Below are positions 44,199-54,741 of a stretch of 64,000 nt of DNA, piece after piece. Every line of letters begins with the position of its first letter. Position 1 is the first letter of the stretch. This stretch comes from an uncultured Verrucomicrobiae bacterium (lineage in GTDB: Bacteria > Verrucomicrobiota > Verrucomicrobiia > Chthoniobacterales > Chthoniobacteraceae), in the NCBI GenBank assembly GCA_963828525.1, contig CAWHEP010000002.1, positions 384,001-448,000 of the forward strand, given 5' to 3'. The position numbers were made by a program, and so were the translations under genes. Under the pieces are notes generated by a model. The model did no database searches. It was given only the letters and a program-made list of their open reading frames with translations, and was not told the origin of the DNA.

Positions 44199-45536
44199 AT
44201 GGTGAGCCGCGCACAACTGGACGACTATAGGGCCTATCTCGCTTTTCCGAGCATCTCGGCCGATCCCGCGCGGAGGGGTGCCATGGAAGCTTGTGCGGGA
44301 TGGTTGCGACAGAAATTCGACAAGCTGGGCTTTGCCGCAGAGGTGTGCCCGACGGGTGGCGCTCCGCTGCTGCTGGCCAGGTCGCCCCGTTCGCCGGAGA
44401 AGAAAACGGTTCTTATTTACGGCCATTACGACGTGCAACCGGTCGATCCGCTGGAGCTGTGGCGGCATCCGCCTTTTGAGGGAACCATAGAAGACGGCCT
44501 CATGGTGGCGCGCGGCGCCACGGATAACAAAGGACAGACACTTAGTCATATCCTGGGGACGGAAGCGATTCTTACGGGTGGTCAGGATCTGCCGGTCAAC
44601 TTGATTTACTTGATCGAAGGCGAGGAAGAAATAGGCAGTCCGAATCTCCATTCATTTCTGGAAGCGCATCGCGATGAACTGGCTTGCGACGCCATCCTGA
44701 TTTCCGATACCAGCATGGCTGGCCCGGGCTTTCCTGCCATCACATGCGGGCTGCGCGGCATTGCCTGCCTGGAGCTGTGCATGACCGGCGCCAAGACAGA
44801 CTTGCACTCCGGGATGTACGGCGGCGCGATTGCCAATCCCGCGCTGGAATTGGCGCGCCTGCTGGTGCGGCTGCATGACGAGAGCGGAGAGATCGCCATT
44901 CCGGGATTCTACGACGAGGTGCTGCCCGCTTCACGCGCGGAGCTGGACGGGTGGCGGGCCATTCCCTTCGACGAAGCCGAAATCCTGCGGGCGACTGGGG
45001 CGAAGGAAATTTGCGGGGAGATAGGGTACACCGTGCTGGAGCGGCTCTGGACGCGGCCAACGGCGGAAATCAATGGCCTTACTTCCGGCTACCAGGGGAG
45101 CGGGAGCAAAACGATTATTCCCGCCGCCGCTAGCGCCAAGCTCAGCTTCCGGCTGGTGCCGCATCAAAAACCTGGGGTAGTCGCGCGTCTGGCAGAAGCC
45201 TTTCTGCGGCGGCATTGTCCCAGCTCCATGCACCTGGAGGTGGAATACGATCACGGCGGCGACCCTTATTATGCCGACCCGGACTCGGCCGTTAGCCGGG
45301 CTGCGCAACGGGCTCTTGAATCTGTGTTCGGGCAAGCCCCCGCCTTATTGCGAGAGGGATTGAGCATTCCTGTCGTCTCGCTCTTTCAGCGCGTGCTGCA
45401 TCGCCCGCCGCTGCTAATTGGCCTTGGCCTGCCAGATTGCGGCGCGCACGCGCCGAACGAGACCTTTCCTCTGGAACAACTGGAGAAAGGCATCGAACTC
45501 CACGGCGGCCTCCTTCGGGAGATCGCAGCCACATAG
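44199..45536 (+). CDS. M20-family metallopeptidase/amidohydrolase
   Basis: PSISAD, YGHYDVQP, RGATDNKG, EGEEEIGS, DLHSG, HAPNE. Confidence 0.92.
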   Translation: MVSRAQLDDYRAYLAFPSISADPARRGAMEACAGWLRQKFDKLGFAAEVCPTGGAPLLLARSPRSPEKKTVLIYGHYDVQPVDPLELWRHPPFEGTIEDGLMVARGATDNKGQTLSHILGTEAILTGGQDLPVNLIYLIEGEEEIGSPNLHSFLEAHRDELACDAILISDTSMAGPGFPAITCGLRGIACLELCMTGAKTDLHSGMYGGAIANPALELARLLVRLHDESGEIAIPGFYDEVLPASRAELDGWRAIPFDEAEILRATGAKEICGEIGYTVLERLWTRPTAEINGLTSGYQGSGSKTIIPAAASAKLSFRLVPHQKPGVVARLAEAFLRRHCPSSMHLEVEYDHGGDPYYADPDSAVSRAAQRALESVFGQAPALLREGLSIPVVSLFQRVLHRPPLLIGLGLPDCGAHAPNETFPLEQLEKGIELHGGLLREIAAT

Positions 45537-45735
45537 ACTAGCTGGCTTCAGCTAATTGAGAGTGGCTTGTTCGTTGAATCTCCCCGTGAAGCAGGCGGCC
45601 ATTTTGTTCACCTCCGGGTTGTTTTTCTCATATCGTCCAAACATCAAGTTTCTGTAATCAGCTTCCTTGCCAGTGGGAGCCTATCTCGAAAATCCATGTA
45701 ACGGCTTCCGTTCTTTATGGTAGAACGCTCTATCG

Positions 45736-46467
45736 ATGTCCGGCTGGAAATCCCGCTCCACACTCTTTGCCACCACCCGCTGGACAGTGGTCTGCGATGC
45801 CGCGCGTGGCGGGGACCATGGGGCAATAGAAGCGCTGGGAGTATTATTTGACACTTACTGGCAGCCCCTTTACCGCTACGCCCGCAGAAGAGGTAAATCC
45901 AAGGAGGACGCTGAGGATCTCGTCCAGGGGTTTTTGGCCCATTTCATTGAAGCGGAAGCTCTGCGGGGAACCGGCCGCGGCAAGGGTCTTTTCCGGGCCT
46001 TCCTGCTGGCATCCTTCAACCATTGGATGATTAACGAGTGGAAATATGCGTCCCGGGAGAAACGTGGCGGCGGCGTTCCCCCGCTATCGTTCGATTGGGA
46101 AAGCGCGGAGACCGGCTTGAAACTGGAAAGCGCCGACGAACGAAGCCCTGACAAATTGTTCGACCGCGAGTGGGCTATCACCTTATTGCGCAAAACGCTC
46201 GATGATCTGGAACGGTTGTGCCACGCCGAGGGGTATGGCTCACAGTTCGAAAACCTGAAACCTTGCCTCACCTTGGATTCCGGCAAAATCCCCTACGCTG
46301 AACTTGCGACGACACTCGACATGACCGAAGGCGCCGCGCGGGTGGCCATCCATCGCCTGCGCAAGCGTTACCGCCATCTGCTCAAAGAGGAAGTTGCCCG
46401 CACACTCTGGTCGCCCGAGGCCGTGGAGGCGGAAATGCACTCGCTCTTTGCCGCGCTAAGCGGATGA
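45736..46467 (+). CDS. ECF sigma factor adjacent to a Ser/Thr kinase
   Basis: FATTRWTVV, YWQPLYRYARR, DAEDLVQGF, FDREWA, RVAIHRLRKRY. Confidence 0.9.
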   Translation: MSGWKSRSTLFATTRWTVVCDAARGGDHGAIEALGVLFDTYWQPLYRYARRRGKSKEDAEDLVQGFLAHFIEAEALRGTGRGKGLFRAFLLASFNHWMINEWKYASREKRGGGVPPLSFDWESAETGLKLESADERSPDKLFDREWAITLLRKTLDDLERLCHAEGYGSQFENLKPCLTLDSGKIPYAELATTLDMTEGAARVAIHRLRKRYRHLLKEEVARTLWSPEAVEAEMHSLFAALSG

Positions 46468-46523
46468 AAAAAATGATGTAACGTTTTCCACGCTGCATTT
46501 TTGAGGAACGAGAATAAACAACA

Positions 46524-49322
46524 ATGCCCAATACATCTTCCTCACCAAACTGCCCTGGCTGCGGCGCTCCATTGCCCGAGGATTCCCCGCAAGCGCTTTG
46601 TCCCGCGTGTTTACTGCGCCAGGCACTCACATCGCGGACAATCAGTGCCGAAGGAGGAACAGCAACCGGCGCGCACTCCCCAACGGTGGAGGAAATCGCC
46701 GATAGATTTCCACAATTTGACATTCTCGAATGCTTGGGGCGCGGCGGGATGGGTGTGGTCTATAAAGCTCGTCAGAAGTCGCTCAACCGGCTGGTAGCGA
46801 TCAAAATTCTGGCCCCGGAGCGAGAACACGACTCTAGGTTCGCAGGCCGCTTCGCGCGTGAAGCGGAACTTCTCGCGAAACTGAGCCACCCCCACATCGT
46901 TACCATTCACGATTTTGGCGAAATTGGGGGACTCTACTACCTCCTAATGGAATTTGTGGATGGGGTAAGCCTGCGCGATCTTCTCCGCGAGGGAAAACTG
47001 GAGCCGAAGCACGCGCTGGCGATTGTACCGGAAATTTGTGACGCGCTGCAATTTGCCCACGATCACGGCATCGTCCATCGCGATATCAAACCCGAGAACA
47101 TCCTGCTCAATCGCCTTGGGCGCGTGAAGGTGGCGGATTTCGGTCTCGCGAAGCTCATCGCCGGCACCGCTGACATTGAATCCGGCCAATCGGATCCCAC
47201 CAGGCCCGTGGCAGACGATCTCACTGAGGTAGGCAAGACGATGGGCACGGCAACTTACATGGCACCTGAGCAAACGATAAATCCCGACTCAGTGGACAGT
47301 CGCGCGGATATCTACTCGCTCGGCGTGGTATTTTACCAAATGCTCACGGGAGAACTCCCCTCCAAGCTCATCGAGCCTCCCTCCAGCAAGGTGCAGATTG
47401 ACGTGCGGCTGGACGAGGTAGTGCTGCGCGCATTGGAGAGGGAACCCAGCCGCCGCTACCAGCAGGCGAGCATTCTAAAGACTCACGTGGAGACGATTGC
47501 GGAAACATCGGATGGTAAAGACACCCGGGCTGTGGCGCCGGAAAACACCGAACACAGCCTCATCCATTTGGAAGGTCTTACAAAATTCCGGTCTCGTTCC
47601 GCTTTACTGATCGCGCAACTGGCTGGCGTAGGTTGCCTCGGCCTTCTCGGTTTCATCCCAGGGTGGGAGAGACTATTTGGTTTGTTCGGACTTTTCGGAT
47701 TGCTTGGAATTGCCTATGTGGTCGAAGCGGTTACCCGGTCCAAAGGTAGTTACCCAGGAAGCAAGGCACGGAAATCGAATGCTGGGCTTTTCGGCCCAGC
47801 GCGCTTCTCTCGCACTGCCATCGCCGGCATCTGCTGGGCCGTGCTGACGCCAGTAGCGCTCATTTGGTTGAGGACCATTTCAGGCGAGCCCGCGGGAATT
47901 TGGAGTGAAATGTCGGGGCCGGATAAATTGGGGGCTATCATTACAGAAGTAATTGGGATTGTAGGCTCTGCCGCAGCGTTCGGCACGACGATTCTCGGCT
48001 GGGTCGCGGTTTCGCAAATCCGCCGCTCCGAAGGAAAAGTTTACGGCCTGGAACTGGCGGTGCTTGACGGGTTGCTTTTTCCGCTTTTGGCGCTGGATTA
48101 CGCCATTGCATATTTGATCGACGAGGCTGGAATCGCCCTCCATCTCTGGACGCAGAACTATGACGAAGTCTCCGATAGCTGGCTGACTATTCTGTCAATT
48201 GCTGCCTGGATAGCCGTGGATTTCATCATTGTTCGCAGCGTTTGGCGCGCCGTGAACTCCTCTCTGGCCGGCGCAACGCCAGAGAAGCCGTTACAGCCCG
48301 CTGCGGAGGGGCTCACTGCTGACGATAAGCCACGGAGGATGTATGGCCTCGCACTTCTCAAAATACTACCCCTTATCTGTAGTTGGGGATTTTGCGCTAC
48401 TTTCCTTGTGCCGAAACTGAGCCAATTATCCAGGGATCGAAGGATCAGCGACGGATCCTTCGCTTTCGAAAGGTTTGTTCTGGAGATATTCGGCCCTGGC
48501 GTTCCGAAACTCCTCCTCGTTTTATTTCTCGCGATTATTCTTATCGAGTGGCTGCTGCCGGAATGGCGCCGCCATCGCCGCAAAGCGTTGTTCATCGTCA
48601 CCACTACGATCAACGCTTTTGCTATAGTAAGTCTGCTCTTGCTGGTGACGATGGCATCCGTTGTTGCCAGCCCTCCCATCGCCCCGCTATCGCGGTCGGT
48701 CATAGCCGTAAACTTTCACTACCGGATCTTTGAAATAAACGCCGCGGATATGGACAAAATCCTTCCGTTTGCCGCACGCAAACTGGGATCCATGCCTGGC
48801 CTCAAGCCGTCTACTTCCACGTGGGTGGCCTCTTTGGGAGATCCCCAGAGGGGGCCGGACTCCGTCTTCAGCGGTGCCCAGTTTGCCGTAGCGACCACAT
48901 CCGATATCGCGCTGCTGTTGGCGAAGGCTGGGCCGATTCTGGTTGACCAAGCCCATCTCATTTACGGCTGGGATACTGCGGATGGCTGGAGCTACACCAC
49001 GACAAACGGCGCGTTTCGTGGTGGGGGATTTGGCAGCGGACTTATCGGGGCGCGGCAGGTGCGGGACGCGCTGGAAGTGCATTTGGAATACCAACTGACT
49101 CATTCGATCGACTTCCGTTCAGGACGGCCTGGCAAGCAGTGGCTGTCTCAAATCCTATATCAGGGCGCCATCGCCCAGCCTGGTGGCGCCTTAGTCTTTC
49201 TTGCGCCATTCACCTTTCAAACCCAGCCAGCGAAATACCTCGTGCTTTTGTTCGACATCACCCGGCTTCCGTTCGGGGAAGCTTCGCAGGCAGCGGCCGG
49301 CAGGCCAGCAGGATCCATGTAG
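46524..49322 (+). CDS. Hanks-type Ser/Thr kinase with N-terminal CxxC motifs and a multi-TM modular C-terminus
   Basis: [42 protein letters not shown] modules. Confidence 0.95.
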   Translation: MPNTSSSPNCPGCGAPLPEDSPQALCPACLLRQALTSRTISAEGGTATGAHSPTVEEIADRFPQFDILECLGRGGMGVVYKARQKSLNRLVAIKILAPEREHDSRFAGRFAREAELLAKLSHPHIVTIHDFGEIGGLYYLLMEFVDGVSLRDLLREGKLEPKHALAIVPEICDALQFAHDHGIVHRDIKPENILLNRLGRVKVADFGLAKLIAGTADIESGQSDPTRPVADDLTEVGKTMGTATYMAPEQTINPDSVDSRADIYSLGVVFYQMLTGELPSKLIEPPSSKVQIDVRLDEVVLRALEREPSRRYQQASILKTHVETIAETSDGKDTRAVAPENTEHSLIHLEGLTKFRSRSALLIAQLAGVGCLGLLGFIPGWERLFGLFGLFGLLGIAYVVEAVTRSKGSYPGSKARKSNAGLFGPARFSRTAIAGICWAVLTPVALIWLRTISGEPAGIWSEMSGPDKLGAIITEVIGIVGSAAAFGTTILGWVAVSQIRRSEGKVYGLELAVLDGLLFPLLALDYAIAYLIDEAGIALHLWTQNYDEVSDSWLTILSIAAWIAVDFIIVRSVWRAVNSSLAGATPEKPLQPAAEGLTADDKPRRMYGLALLKILPLICSWGFCATFLVPKLSQLSRDRRISDGSFAFERFVLEIFGPGVPKLLLVLFLAIILIEWLLPEWRRHRRKALFIVTTTINAFAIVSLLLLVTMASVVASPPIAPLSRSVIAVNFHYRIFEINAADMDKILPFAARKLGSMPGLKPSTSTWVASLGDPQRGPDSVFSGAQFAVATTSDIALLLAKAGPILVDQAHLIYGWDTADGWSYTTTNGAFRGGGFGSGLIGARQVRDALEVHLEYQLTHSIDFRSGRPGKQWLSQILYQGAIAQPGGALVFLAPFTFQTQPAKYLVLLFDITRLPFGEASQAAAGRPAGSM

Positions 49323-49660
49323 CACCTGGATCATCCTGCGCGGGAGGCTGCTACACCAAACGGGAGATCGATGAAAGGGATCGCCCGCCCGGTGAATCCA
49401 ATCATAACCTGCTGCACGGCCTTTGCTACTCATACTCTCGTTGCAGTTGGCAACTGTGGCACCAAAACGCTTTTACTGGACCTGCGCGCCGCTTCCACCT
49501 GCTCCTGGATTGCCTCGGAAGCTCGCCCGGTCCTGCGACGCCTGTCAGAGAGCGCATGCTGCGATGCCGCGCTTCTGCGCTCGTTCGAGATCACTGCGGA
49601 GATCCTCAATGCGCTCAATAGCGGTTGAGCCGGGGCGGCTGCTGCTATAAATCAAATCGC

Positions 49661-50263
49661 ATGATCCTCGACCTCGAAGGAGAACACGCCAGCCGCGCCT
49701 ACTCGGTGCTTTGCACGCTGGTCACGCCGCGACCCATCGCATGGGTCACCACTGTCGATGCCGCGGGTGTGGTCAATGCCGCGCCGTTTAGCTTTTTCAA
49801 TGCGCTGGGGGCGAACCCGCCCATCGTCGGTTTTTGTCCGGGGGATCGCGAAGATGGGACGCCAAAGGATACGGCGCTGAACGTGAGGCAATCGCACGAG
49901 TTCGTGGTGAATTTGGTGGATGAAGCGATGGTGCAGGCCATGAACGCGACCTCCGCCACGCTCCCGTACGGCACGAGCGAGCTCCCGGCCGCGGGCCTGA
50001 CACCCGCGCCTTCGGTCTCTGTGAGGCCGCCGCGCATCGCCGAAGCCCCGGCTAGCCTGGAATGCCAGGAATGGGGCACACTGCAGATCGGCGCGAACCG
50101 CCTCGTCATCGGCCTTGTGAAACGGGTGTACATACGCGACGACCTTTTTGACCAGGAGACCCTCCGCGTCCGCGGCGAGCGATTCGAGGTAATCGGTCGC
50201 ATGGCCAGCCCGGATTGGTATTGTCGCACGATGGATCGCTTCGAGATGCGGCGCCCGGGCTGA
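49661..50263 (+). CDS. Flavin reductase-like (DIM6/NTAB) family protein
   Basis: PRPIAWVTT, NAAPFSFFN, KDTALN...EFVVNLV, PPRIAEAP, GRM. Confidence 0.9.
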   Translation: MILDLEGEHASRAYSVLCTLVTPRPIAWVTTVDAAGVVNAAPFSFFNALGANPPIVGFCPGDREDGTPKDTALNVRQSHEFVVNLVDEAMVQAMNATSATLPYGTSELPAAGLTPAPSVSVRPPRIAEAPASLECQEWGTLQIGANRLVIGLVKRVYIRDDLFDQETLRVRGERFEVIGRMASPDWYCRTMDRFEMRRPG

Positions 50264-50305
50264 CGGCACAGCTGCCCTGCTGCTGCCGGCGCCGATTCAG
50301 CAAGA

Positions 50306-50491
50306 ATGAGCCGGCCTTGGTAAAGGAAGACATGGATGTGCCGGACCGATCCGCGCGGGAGAGGCCGTCCACCGGCCCGCCGCCAGGTGCGGTCAATTAC
50401 ATGGCGCTGCCCGGCGCGCCGGCTGTGGGAAGTGTTGCGCAGTAGCGGAAGGCAGGGCGAAGAACGCGCGGAGATCGCCCGGCTGGGTTGA
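50306..50491 (+). pseudogene. Truncated N-terminus of a GreA/GreB-like protein
   Basis: Allowing indels it reads MSR(A)LVKEDMD...PPGAVNYMALPGA(R)L..., resembling MSRAFVKE...NYxTxxG; ends near the islet boundary. Confidence 0.5.
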
Positions 50492-50870
50492 CATAGGGAG
50501 GTCGGATAGGGCCGCCGTCGTTCCTGCCGCAATTTCGGTTCTTTGCTAGATTTGATAAATTGCGCTTACGCTTCTCGGGGCGGTTCATCTAAACGTGCCC
50601 CATCCATCTGCTATTTTACAGAGACGGAATCCTTCAATTCCTTGATCCGAGCGTCTGTTATCCGGACGCGAGCCTCGTTATAAATCAGGGGTGCCATCGA
50701 ACCGTCCCTGGCGACGTAATCTGCTTCGAATTCTGCCTGATTGTTGCGATACGCTAGCCACGCCCTTTCAGAAGCTACGAGTTTCTTTTTTCCTGCGGAA
50801 TCTAAAGTTGCAGCGATTTTCTTGTAGATATTGTTCAGCTTCTTGTCACTTTTCTCGAAGTCAACGTTAG

Positions 50871-52089
50871 GGAGACGCTGATTAAAGGTCGAGTTCCGAG
50901 AGCGAGTTTGGTATAAGAGCGGGCATCATGGAACGCCAAAGAAGCTTCGCCCAAGCCGAGTACGCGCAGAAGAAAAAGATCACGCGGAGGGAGCGATTTT
51001 TGAATGAGATGGAGGCGGTGGTGCCATGGGCGAAACTGGTGGCGTGCGTCGAGCCCTTCTACTTCAAAGGCGAGCGTGGACGGAAGCCGGTGGGCCTGGA
51101 GCGGATGCTGCGGATGTACTTTTTGCAGCAATGGTACGCCCTGGCCGATGAAGCCCTCGAAGACGCGCTCTACGACAGCCAATCGATGCGCAGCTTTGTG
51201 GGGATCGACCTGAATGTGGAAGCGGTGCCCGATGCGACGACGCTCTTAAAGTTCCGTCGCATCCTGGAGCGCCACGCGTTGACGCAGAAGATCCTGGAGG
51301 AGGTGAACGCCCACTTAGCCAAACACCATCTGCTCATGCGGGAAGGAACCATCGTGGATGCCACCATCATTGCCGCGCCCTCCTCCACCAAAAATCAGCA
51401 GGGCAAGCGCGATCCTGAAATGCACCAGGTGAAAAAGGGAAACCAGTGGCACTTCGGGATGAAAGCGCATGTGGGAGCCGACGCGGACAGTGGGATGGTG
51501 CACACCGTGATCGGGACGGCGGCTAACGTGGCGGATATTACCTGCGGAGCGAGGCTGCTCCATGGAAAAGAAGAAGTCGTCTACGCGGACGCCGGGTATA
51601 CCGGGATCGAAAAGCGAGAAGGAGCCATTGGTCAGACTGGGCGCACCAAAGTCTGGCAGGTGGCGATCAAACGGGGGAAGATCAAGACGATGGCCGAAGG
51701 AGAGATCAAGGAACTGACCTGGCAGATGGAACGACTCAAAGCGCAGGTGCGAGCCAAAGTGGAACATGCTTTCCATGTGGTGAAGAACCTCTTCCAGTAC
51801 CGCAAGGTGCGCTACCGAGGGTTGGGCAAGAACACCGCGCAACTCCACACCTTGTTCGCTCTGGCCAATCTAGTGCAGGCCAAACGCAAACTACTGGCCG
51901 GAGCGCACGCATAACCAACGGGACCGGCAAAATCGACCTGAAGGAGCATCGCAATCACGCAATCAATGACTGCAACGGGTCAACTTAACCGCCGCTGAGG
52001 ACGAAGAATACCGGTCACCAACCCCGAACCCAAAAATCCTGCCACTTACTCCACTCTGTGGACCAAACTCACCTTTGATCAGCGGTTCC
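50871..52089 (+). mobile_element. IS5-family insertion sequence, 1219 bp, apparently intact
   Basis: TIRs GGAGACGCTGATTAAAGGT / (rc) GGAACCGCTGATCAAAGGT; TSD TTAG at 50867..50870 and 52090..52093. Confidence 0.93.
50928..51914 (+). CDS. IS5-family DDE transposase
   Basis: RRERFLNEM, MLRMYFLQQW, PDATT, VDATII, GMKAHVGAD, YADAGY, RAKVEH. Confidence 0.97.
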   Translation: MERQRSFAQAEYAQKKKITRRERFLNEMEAVVPWAKLVACVEPFYFKGERGRKPVGLERMLRMYFLQQWYALADEALEDALYDSQSMRSFVGIDLNVEAVPDATTLLKFRRILERHALTQKILEEVNAHLAKHHLLMREGTIVDATIIAAPSSTKNQQGKRDPEMHQVKKGNQWHFGMKAHVGADADSGMVHTVIGTAANVADITCGARLLHGKEEVVYADAGYTGIEKREGAIGQTGRTKVWQVAIKRGKIKTMAEGEIKELTWQMERLKAQVRAKVEHAFHVVKNLFQYRKVRYRGLGKNTAQLHTLFALANLVQAKRKLLAGAHA

Positions 52090-52171
52090 TTAGCGGCGAT
52101 GTTCATTTCTCCCTGGGTTTGGGCATGCAGGGGTGAAATAATTAAAAAGAATGCGAGAAAAAAATGGCGCT

Positions 52172-52939
52172 TCATGGTATCTGCTTGGGTTCTGTGGGAT
52201 TGGTGCGAATATATTGCCTTAGATCTTCCGTTCGTTGCAGCCATCCGTCAAGAAAACGTGCGTTTTTCGGGTTCTTATCTACTAATCCTCGAAAACGTTC
52301 ATCTCTAAGGTCAAGAAATTTATTGGAATCACCCCCGCTTGCAAGCATTAAAGCGTTGCCGCCACCATTAACCTTAGCGTCGAAATAAACTTCCCCGAGA
52401 GGATACTTCATGCGAGATATTCCCGCCTTGTTCCACTCACTAAAATATATCGCAGTTGCCTTTTGTTTGTTCAAGCCAGTGATGTCTACGTTTGGATGAC
52501 TTGATTTATCAATGCCATATTTTGTAAGTTTTCCGCCGTCACCGCTGACGTCTTCCGTGATTACTTTTCCATGTTTGTTTAACGCAATCTCATGCGCGAA
52601 TACAAACTTGATGAATTTGTCAAAACGGGCGTCGCCCGTAGGGTAGTCGCCTTCGGTTGTCCAGTGAGCTTCTTGTTCCTTTGTCTCAGGTTTCTGTGGT
52701 GCGCGCTTTTTCTCTGTCGAATCCTTGGAATGCTGACCGATAACGACATTTTTTGCTCTTTCCGGCATCTCCCTTCGCGCCACATCTGCTTGCCCTTTTC
52801 CAGTCTGCAATCCTGCCGCACCGGCGCTGGTCCATTGGCCACCGCCCGGTTGGCCCGCAGGCAGGCGCGATTCATCCGGGTCATAGCCTTCGTTCGCCAG
52901 CGAATCGCTCGATGCTACTTCTTTTTCTTTTTTCTCCAT
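52172..52939 (-). CDS. GH108 (TtsA/ZliS-like) muramidase with an N-terminal R-x-PAG-x-P-x-GGQW extension and no signal peptide
   Basis: AHE...GDGGKLTKYGID, ATAIY...W, FDAKVNGG, C-terminal RFLDGWLQR. Confidence 0.8.
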   Translation of the reverse strand: MEKKEKEVASSDSLANEGYDPDESRLPAGQPGGGQWTSAGAAGLQTGKGQADVARREMPERAKNVVIGQHSKDSTEKKRAPQKPETKEQEAHWTTEGDYPTGDARFDKFIKFVFAHEIALNKHGKVITEDVSGDGGKLTKYGIDKSSHPNVDITGLNKQKATAIYFSEWNKAGISRMKYPLGEVYFDAKVNGGGNALMLASGGDSNKFLDLRDERFRGLVDKNPKNARFLDGWLQRTEDLRQYIRTNPTEPKQIP

Positions 52940-53108
52940 ACAGATTCTTTCTCCCGACTATCGCGGATTTCTGGAAAAACCGTTAGTCTCCCATGGACTC
53001 TATGGACTCCATTACACTTTTCGTTTTGGTACTGGTCTATGGGATTATCTCGAATATATTCTTGAGTTTTAGCCGCTGGCGGCGGAAAGGTGCGTGCATT
53101 GCTCCCTA

Positions 53109-54644
53109 TTATACCCACAAGTTTCGGTCCAAGGTCCGGTATTGAATTGCCTCACTCACGTCCTCCGCCTCGATGGGCTCGCGGCCGGCCAGGTCGGCAA
53201 TGGTCCGCGCGACCTTCAGGATGCGGTCATAGGCGCGGGCGCTGAAATTCAGTTCTGAAATCGCCACCTTCAGTAACTCTGCCGAGCTTTCGTCGAGCTG
53301 GCAGCATTGCTTCATCTGCTTCGGCGTCATGCGCGCGTTGCACTTGGCGCCAGTGGAGCCGAAGCGCTCCTGCTGGATCGTGCGCGCGGCTTCTACGCGG
53401 GACCGGATCGAGGCTGAAGACTCGCCCGGCGCTTTTCCAGCCAGCTGTTCGTAGCGCACGGCCGGCACTTCGATATGCAAGTCAATCCGGTCCAGGAGCG
53501 GCCCGGAGATGCGCTGGCGGTATTTTTGCACGGCCGCGCTGCCGCAGCGGCATTCCCGGCGCGGGTCTCCGTAGAAGCCGCAGGGACAGGGATTCATCGC
53601 GCCTACCAGGACGAACTCAGAGGGGAACGTCATGCTGCCGGCGGCTCTCGAAATAGTGACTTTTGAGTCTTCGATCGGCTGGCGCAAGACTTCCAAAGTA
53701 GAGCGTTTGAACTCGGGAAGTTCATCAAGAAAGAGCACGCCGTGGTGCGCCAGGCTTACCTCGCCGGGCAGCGGATTGGCGGTGCCGCCGAGCAGGCCGG
53801 CATCTGAGATGGTGTGGTGCGGAGAACGAAATGGGCGGGTCGCAACGAAAGAGTGCTGGCCGTTGAGCAGTCCGCAAATGGAATGGATTTTGGTGATGTC
53901 GATCGCCTCTTCCAGGGTCATCGGCGGCATGATATTCGCGATACGCTTGGCCAGCATCGATTTGCCGGAGCCGGGCGGCCCGATCATAAGGAGGTTGTGC
54001 CCGCCGCTCACCGCCACCTCGATGGCCCGCTTGGCGGTCTGCTGTCCCTTTACATCGGCGAAGTCGAGCTCGTCATGCCGGTGGCGTTCGAGGAGCTCGA
54101 TGCGGTTTTCGCGCAGCGGCTGCAAAGGTTGTGACCCGGTGAGGAACTCATACGTCTCGCGCAGGTTGCGCACGCCGTACACGTCGATGCCCTCCACCAC
54201 GGAGGCTTCACGCGCATTGGCCTCCGGCACGATCAGTGACTTCTTGCCCGCGCGCTTCGCCGCGATGGCGATCGGCAGCGCTCCCTTAATGGGACGGACC
54301 GCGCCGTTCAAGGCCAGCTCGCCCACGATGCAATAATCGCCCATGGCGCGCAGTTCGATTTCCTGCGCGGCGGCCACCATGCCGAGAGCGATGGGGAGAT
54401 CGAAACTCGGACCTTCTTTTTTGACGTCGGCAGGAGCCAGGTTCACGGTGGTGCGGCCTTGCGGCCAAAAGTAGCCGCTGTTCGAGATGGCAGTGGTCAC
54501 CCGATCGCGGCTTTCCTTCACCGCGACATCCGGCAGGCCCACCACCACGACGAGGGTCTTGAAGGAATGCGCGGAGTCGACCTCGATCTCCACCTCGTAG
54601 GCATCGACGCCGATGACGGCCGCGGAAAAGACCTGTGCGAGCAT
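53109..54644 (-). CDS. comM: ComM/YifB Mg-chelatase-like AAA+ ATPase
   Basis: [71 protein letters not shown]-like. Confidence 0.96.
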   Translation of the reverse strand: MLAQVFSAAVIGVDAYEVEIEVDSAHSFKTLVVVVGLPDVAVKESRDRVTTAISNSGYFWPQGRTTVNLAPADVKKEGPSFDLPIALGMVAAAQEIELRAMGDYCIVGELALNGAVRPIKGALPIAIAAKRAGKKSLIVPEANAREASVVEGIDVYGVRNLRETYEFLTGSQPLQPLRENRIELLERHRHDELDFADVKGQQTAKRAIEVAVSGGHNLLMIGPPGSGKSMLAKRIANIMPPMTLEEAIDITKIHSICGLLNGQHSFVATRPFRSPHHTISDAGLLGGTANPLPGEVSLAHHGVLFLDELPEFKRSTLEVLRQPIEDSKVTISRAAGSMTFPSEFVLVGAMNPCPCGFYGDPRRECRCGSAAVQKYRQRISGPLLDRIDLHIEVPAVRYEQLAGKAPGESSASIRSRVEAARTIQQERFGSTGAKCNARMTPKQMKQCCQLDESSAELLKVAISELNFSARAYDRILKVARTIADLAGREPIEAEDVSEAIQYRTLDRNLWV

Positions 54645-54741
54645 TCAGCGAGAGCGTAGCGGAAACCGTGCGGCGCTAAAGCGCAATCGCGGTCATGCTT
54701 GTGATCTCCCGGCTGGGTTCATAGGCTTAGCTCCCTCCCTC

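Larger units (their letters stand above)
50611..52175 (-). pseudogene. LprI/DUF1311-family lysozyme inhibitor with signal peptide, interrupted by IS5
   Basis: Excising the IS and one TTAG restores ...AQTQGEMNIAANVDFEKSDKKLNNIYKKI...LVASERAWLAYRN...GSMAPLIYNEARVRITDARIKEL. Confidence 0.85.

Noticed and set aside
49323..49660. Short ORFs between the kinase and flavin reductase genes
   Set aside because: No recognisable motifs and no way to choose among frames
52915..53118. Short ORF with EYIRDNP (RAYT-like tail) and ATGGACTC repeats
   Set aside because: Too short, with no HUH motif; cannot be supported
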